Below the pieces are notes generated by a model. It was not told the origin of the DNA and did no database searches. It was given only the letters and a program-made list of their open reading frames with translations. A DNA stretch of 64,000 bases from Utricularia gibba (lineage: Eukaryota > Plantae > Magnoliophyta). How positions within the stretch are numbered: the stretch's first letter is position 1; every line of letters starts with the position of its first letter. Made by a program: the position numbers and the translations under genes. The stretch covers positions 2,914,001 to 2,978,000 of the forward strand of contig NEEC01000011.1 of NCBI GenBank assembly GCA_002189035.1, given 5' to 3'. This document shows positions 61,579 through 64,000 of the stretch, one piece after another.

Positions 61579-64000
61579 TCAGTTGTCCTCATCGTCATCT
61601 CCATAGTCCATAAGCTTGATCAACGTATCTGGTAACACATGACGATTAGGTCGGCTAAAGAAACACAAGGATTAAGCTGCCACCTCAAAGAGAAAATGTT
61701 GGCTTACCAGGTACTAACTGCAATTCATTCACTTGATCAGCGACAGGTCTCACTGTTGAGGTAACCTTTGGCGGGGGAAGTGAAGATGGAGGTGGTGGTC
61801 TTTTAGGGGGTGGTGGTGGTGGCGGCGGCATTCCATTAGATGACTGCAACTTGATGGGTTTCACAGGATCTTGTATACCCGGAAAATCTAGTGCAACCAG
61901 TTCCGGAGTTGGTGACATATCTGCTACCTGCATGTTCGTCTATTCAAGGAATGATTACAAACCAAGGTCAGCAACAAAAAGATGTCATTCTCCAGGCACT
62001 TTCAAAGCCAAACAATATTTACTATCTTGATATGCAATCATGACTACGCATCATTTTTGAATGGTTCCAACTACTTTTTGCGTACTGGAATTTTGCCCTG
62101 AATAGCAGAAAATGGTAATGCCAAGCACATGCAACTAAGACAAATGTGACGAAGTCTAATGCATTTTTTGCCAGGACCACTGATAGAAAAGATGCATGGG
62201 TTTAAGGCAGATCAGCAGGCCAAAACACAGCAAGCAGCTATTTCATGCCATTGCATATTCTGAAACCCTGTCAAACAGAAAAACTTCCAATACATAGCCC
62301 CACTCATTCACCCTGTAAGCTTCATAAAGGTCAGTGGAAATACCTGGAATAAGAAGTAAAAATATCAGCGAAACTTAAAACCCTGGGAAAGAAAAAAGGG
62401 CAGCATAAATGTGAACATATTCTATAGCAAGATATTGGTCAAGACTGAATCTACATTTAAGGTAAGATGAAGTAATGAACAACTGTCTATAATAATGCTA
62501 CGTCTACAGTAACTAGCATCAGTTGTCCATCATTCTGCTATGATACTTGTTTAAAAAGCTGTCTTTTGCGTCAGCATCCAAAACAATTTCCCCAGATTAG
62601 GTATACATCAAATGTTGCATCCTCTTTATGTTTCATACAACACTTCTAAGATCATGTGAATGCAGCAAATGGTTATCATAGCAGCATTTCTCATTTTCAA
62701 CAGTTATGCATTCTCTTCTTTACCCTCAAAAGAGTTGGAATGAGCATAGCTGTCCACTCTCAGCTACGCTAACTTATCCATTAGTGAGTAGGCAGTGCAT
62801 TACCTGATTCCAAATTTCCGGTATCCTAGGAGCGGCAGGTAACTCCTGAAACTTTCTCCTTTTTTGTTGCTTCTCCACTATAGGTTTAGCTGTTTTTTCT
62901 GGGAGATCTTCTGTAGATGCTGTTGTGGTAGGAGTAATCACAGCATTCTCTGAAGAAGATGATTGTTTGAGAGATAAAGCAAGTTGCTGTAATGGTGTGG
63001 CCTGTGGATAGATTCCACCATAACCAGAATAACTTGTTGAGTTTGCCAAGGTAAAAGGATGACAAGATGTGTTTGCTACAGGTATTCCAGGATTCAGTGG
63101 TCGAATAGATGGAGATAGCGTTGCCTGGGATACAACATTACCAAAACCAACTGTAACAGTTGCACAAAATGATTCTGTGTCATGCAGTTTCGGCACATTT
63201 GTAGAAGGGATATGGACTCCATCTTGCAACTGAGGTGGGGGTGGAACAGCCCCATACACCTTACTTGAAGATACCCTACAGTATTAAAATAATATGTTCA
63301 AGTGTATGCAACTTCAAGAGTTAAATTTACATGTATAAGGCTTTTTCGAAGTTGTGGCAGTAATTATGGTTACCTACACGTATTGCAATCCTCGTACAGA
63401 TATACCACAAGGCTCATCTGGATAAAAGAATCATAAAAAAATATATTACCTAGATGCACCACAATCAGCACTGATTGTATCCAGAAGATTTTCAGCCAAC
63501 AATTTTGCATGTTCAAGCTTCTTTGCATCATTGCTGGATAATAACAAATGCAATGGTTGTTGTGATTCTATAAGCATAACAAAGCAAAAGATAGATCACC
63601 AATGAGTAGTACAAGACAGAAAGCGTAACAAAAAAAAAAAAAAAAAAAAGGCTGAAGTAACAACCATCACTCTGACTGTTGTAAGAATGTTTGGAGCCAC
63701 GCCCTCTCAACTGAACAGTTGCTCCTGTTTCATTCATAATGTGGTTTATATATTGATCCTGCAATACAATCCAGCCAAATCCAACACGAAAGAATCTCTC
63801 CAATTTGCGTGGAGAAAGCTTAAACCATTAGAGTCTTTTATTTTAAGCAGAGAAAAAAACTAAAATTCATCAAACTGAATACAAGTGCATTTTAACATCA
63901 AACTAAAATTCCGTTGAATGGAATTTATAATTCAATGAAGCTATTGGAGAAAAGATATTGAAAAAATAAATACACAGGGGACTTCAACACTCTAAATTCC
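61579..64000 (-). CDS. RIK: Protein RIK (RS2-interacting KH protein), 5'-truncated by the window edge
   Basis: DQYINHIMNETGATVQLRGRGS, AKLLAENLLDTISADCGASR, SKVYGAVPPPPQL, YGGIYPQATPLQQLALSLK, RRKFQELP, MPPPPPPPPK, PDTLIKLMDYGDDDEDN*. Confidence 0.88.

Noticed and set aside
1-64000. CRISPR arrays, tRNA or rRNA genes, conserved miRNA hairpins, retrotransposon or transposase ORFs, organellar insertions
   Set aside because: None recognised by eye; a tRNAscan/Rfam/RepeatMasker run would be needed to exclude weak cases.

Overview
Eukaryotic (flowering-plant, dicot-like) nuclear DNA with very high gene density: about 27 protein-coding genes (roughly one per 2.4 kb, many introns only 63-90 nt), one pseudogene and one snoRNA. 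In order: IRON MAN/FEP-type micropeptide (-), RGF/GOLVEN peptide precursor (+), WOX11/12 (+), VDAC pseudogene (+), BAT1-type amino-acid permease (-), SRT2 sirtuin (+), JINGUBANG-like WD40 (-), NPH3/BTB (+), intronic box C/D snoRNA (+), DUF547 (-), GATL (-), RMA-type RING (-), UPF0496 (-), TMEM33 (-), GH81 glucanase (-), small LEA (-), proline dehydrogenase (+), SAMDC with uORFs (+), second small LEA (+), S-group bZIP (-), WIT (+), CRLK (+), RING-H2 (+), two tandem B12D genes (-), LONGIFOLIA/TRM (+), AFP/NINJA (+), glycine-rich RRM (+), partial RIK (-). Six small genes (IMA, RGF, 2 LEA, 2 B12D) and the snoRNA are invisible or fragmentary in the ORF track and were reconstructed by hand from splice sites. 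No prokaryote-type system, CRISPR array or autonomous transposon was seen. I found no clearly new biological system. The best leads are a divergent IMA peptide, an unannotated snoRNA host locus with a possible orphan guide, a conserved HRPE-like promoter block in both B12D genes, and a SAMDC paralog with several regulatory and catalytic anomalies. Four apparent one-base frameshifts all shorten a repeated-base run and may be assembly errors. Family assignments come from motif recognition, not database searches.
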